Shown: positions 63,312-64,000 of the stretch, piece after piece
Layout: each line of letters starts with the position of its first letter
Numbering within the stretch: the stretch's first letter is position 1
From: Fonticula alba ATCC 38817
Taxonomy: Eukaryota; Protista; Nucleariida
Length of the DNA stretch: 64,000 nucleotides
Direction: 5' to 3' (one strand)
Assembly (NCBI GenBank): GCA_000388065.2
Contig: KB932206.1
Program-made: the position numbers and the translations under genes
The notes under the pieces: model-generated
Database searches by the model: none
The model's input: only the letters and a program-made list of their open reading frames with translations
What the model was told of the DNA's origin: nothing

Positions 63312-63875
63312 GGTTGTCCTCGTGCCTTGCTCCTGTCGTCGCAAAATGAGCCCAGATTGCCACGCCACATGCTCCTGCTGCTGCGCCTGCCCATGCCCCA
63401 CGTCCAGCGACGCATGAGGAAGTCCACCACTGACACTGCCATTCCCCCCTGCCCTAGGCTCACTTCGGTGTCAAGGACCCCTTCGATATCTCCGACCCCA
63501 AGGCCTCGGCTCGCGTGCGTCCGCCTCCTCTCCCCCTGCCCCGCCGTCTCTTTTTTTTTTCCCCATCCGCGCCACCTCCATTCCTTCCTCTATCTATCTC
63601 TCTCTCTCGCCGTGCCTTTGCTGACTGCCGGCGGTGCATCTGCCTGGCCCATGCCCTGCCTCCCGATCCAGCTGGCCGTCATGCTGGCCGCCTCTGGCGT
63701 GGAGCACGAGATCTTCAACTATGAGGAGCAGGGCCACGGCTTCCTCAACAGCTCCGAGTGGTATGCCGGTATGCGGCCGATCCTCGGCGCCCCGCCCACC
63801 GACCCGACTGACATCGAGCTGGCCTGGTCTCGCTTCTTCGCCTTCGTCGATAAGGTCACCAACAAGGAGAAGTAA
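62334..63875 (+). CDS. Dienelactone hydrolase family protein (carboxymethylenebutenolidase-like) with predicted mitochondrial presequence
   Basis: Exons 62334-62534, 62675-62984, 63182-63243, 63458-63514 and 63672-63875. Motifs QEWWG, PDLYRG, GFCMG (Cys nucleophile), AHFGVKD, QGHGF. Confidence 0.9.
63246..63309. repeat. (CA)n microsatellite directly after the donor of dienelactone hydrolase intron 3
   Basis: Visible dinucleotide repeat. Confidence 0.9.
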
Positions 63876-64000
63876 GCGGCATGGCAAGATGGAGGATGTC
63901 CATCTGGCAAAATGTGCCCCTTCCTTCGGGAGGGCAGCGAAGTAGTTGCTGCGTTCGCATGTGCACCTCCCCCCTCTCGCTGTGTTCCTGTCGCGAGGGG

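Overview
GC-rich, intron-containing eukaryotic genomic DNA from a draft assembly with 12 N-gaps, most bordered by G/C homopolymers. No rRNA, tRNA, CRISPR array or recognisable transposon was found. I rebuilt 15 spliced or single-exon gene models by hand from reading-frame continuity. They are two tandem CYP4-clan P450s (one runs off the window edge), an orphan 5' fragment of MCM3, a GPCPD1/Gde1-type glycerophosphodiester phosphodiesterase (5' end lost at a gap), an intronless DD3-3-like membrane protein, a Zn-finger atypical SDR, a Cas1/RWA O-acetyltransferase, a myosin VI-type motor with a C-terminal PH domain, a hypothetical protein, the minor-spliceosome protein SNRNP35, an F-box/WD40-like protein, PP4 catalytic subunit, proteasome RPN7, DEAD-box helicase DBP7, AP-2 sigma and a dienelactone hydrolase. 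By inference, a fungal-type AP-2 sigma alongside a myosin VI-like gene and DD3-3 suggests a non-fungal holomycotan amoeba (Fonticula-like); this is not proven. The most striking signal is the 5' splice-site consensus GT[G/A/C]CG[T/C], with C at +4 in about 48 of 51 introns. It occurs with C-rich rather than U-rich intron tracts and a U11-35K gene. Most long ORFs in the supplied track are antisense shadows or homopolymer artefacts.
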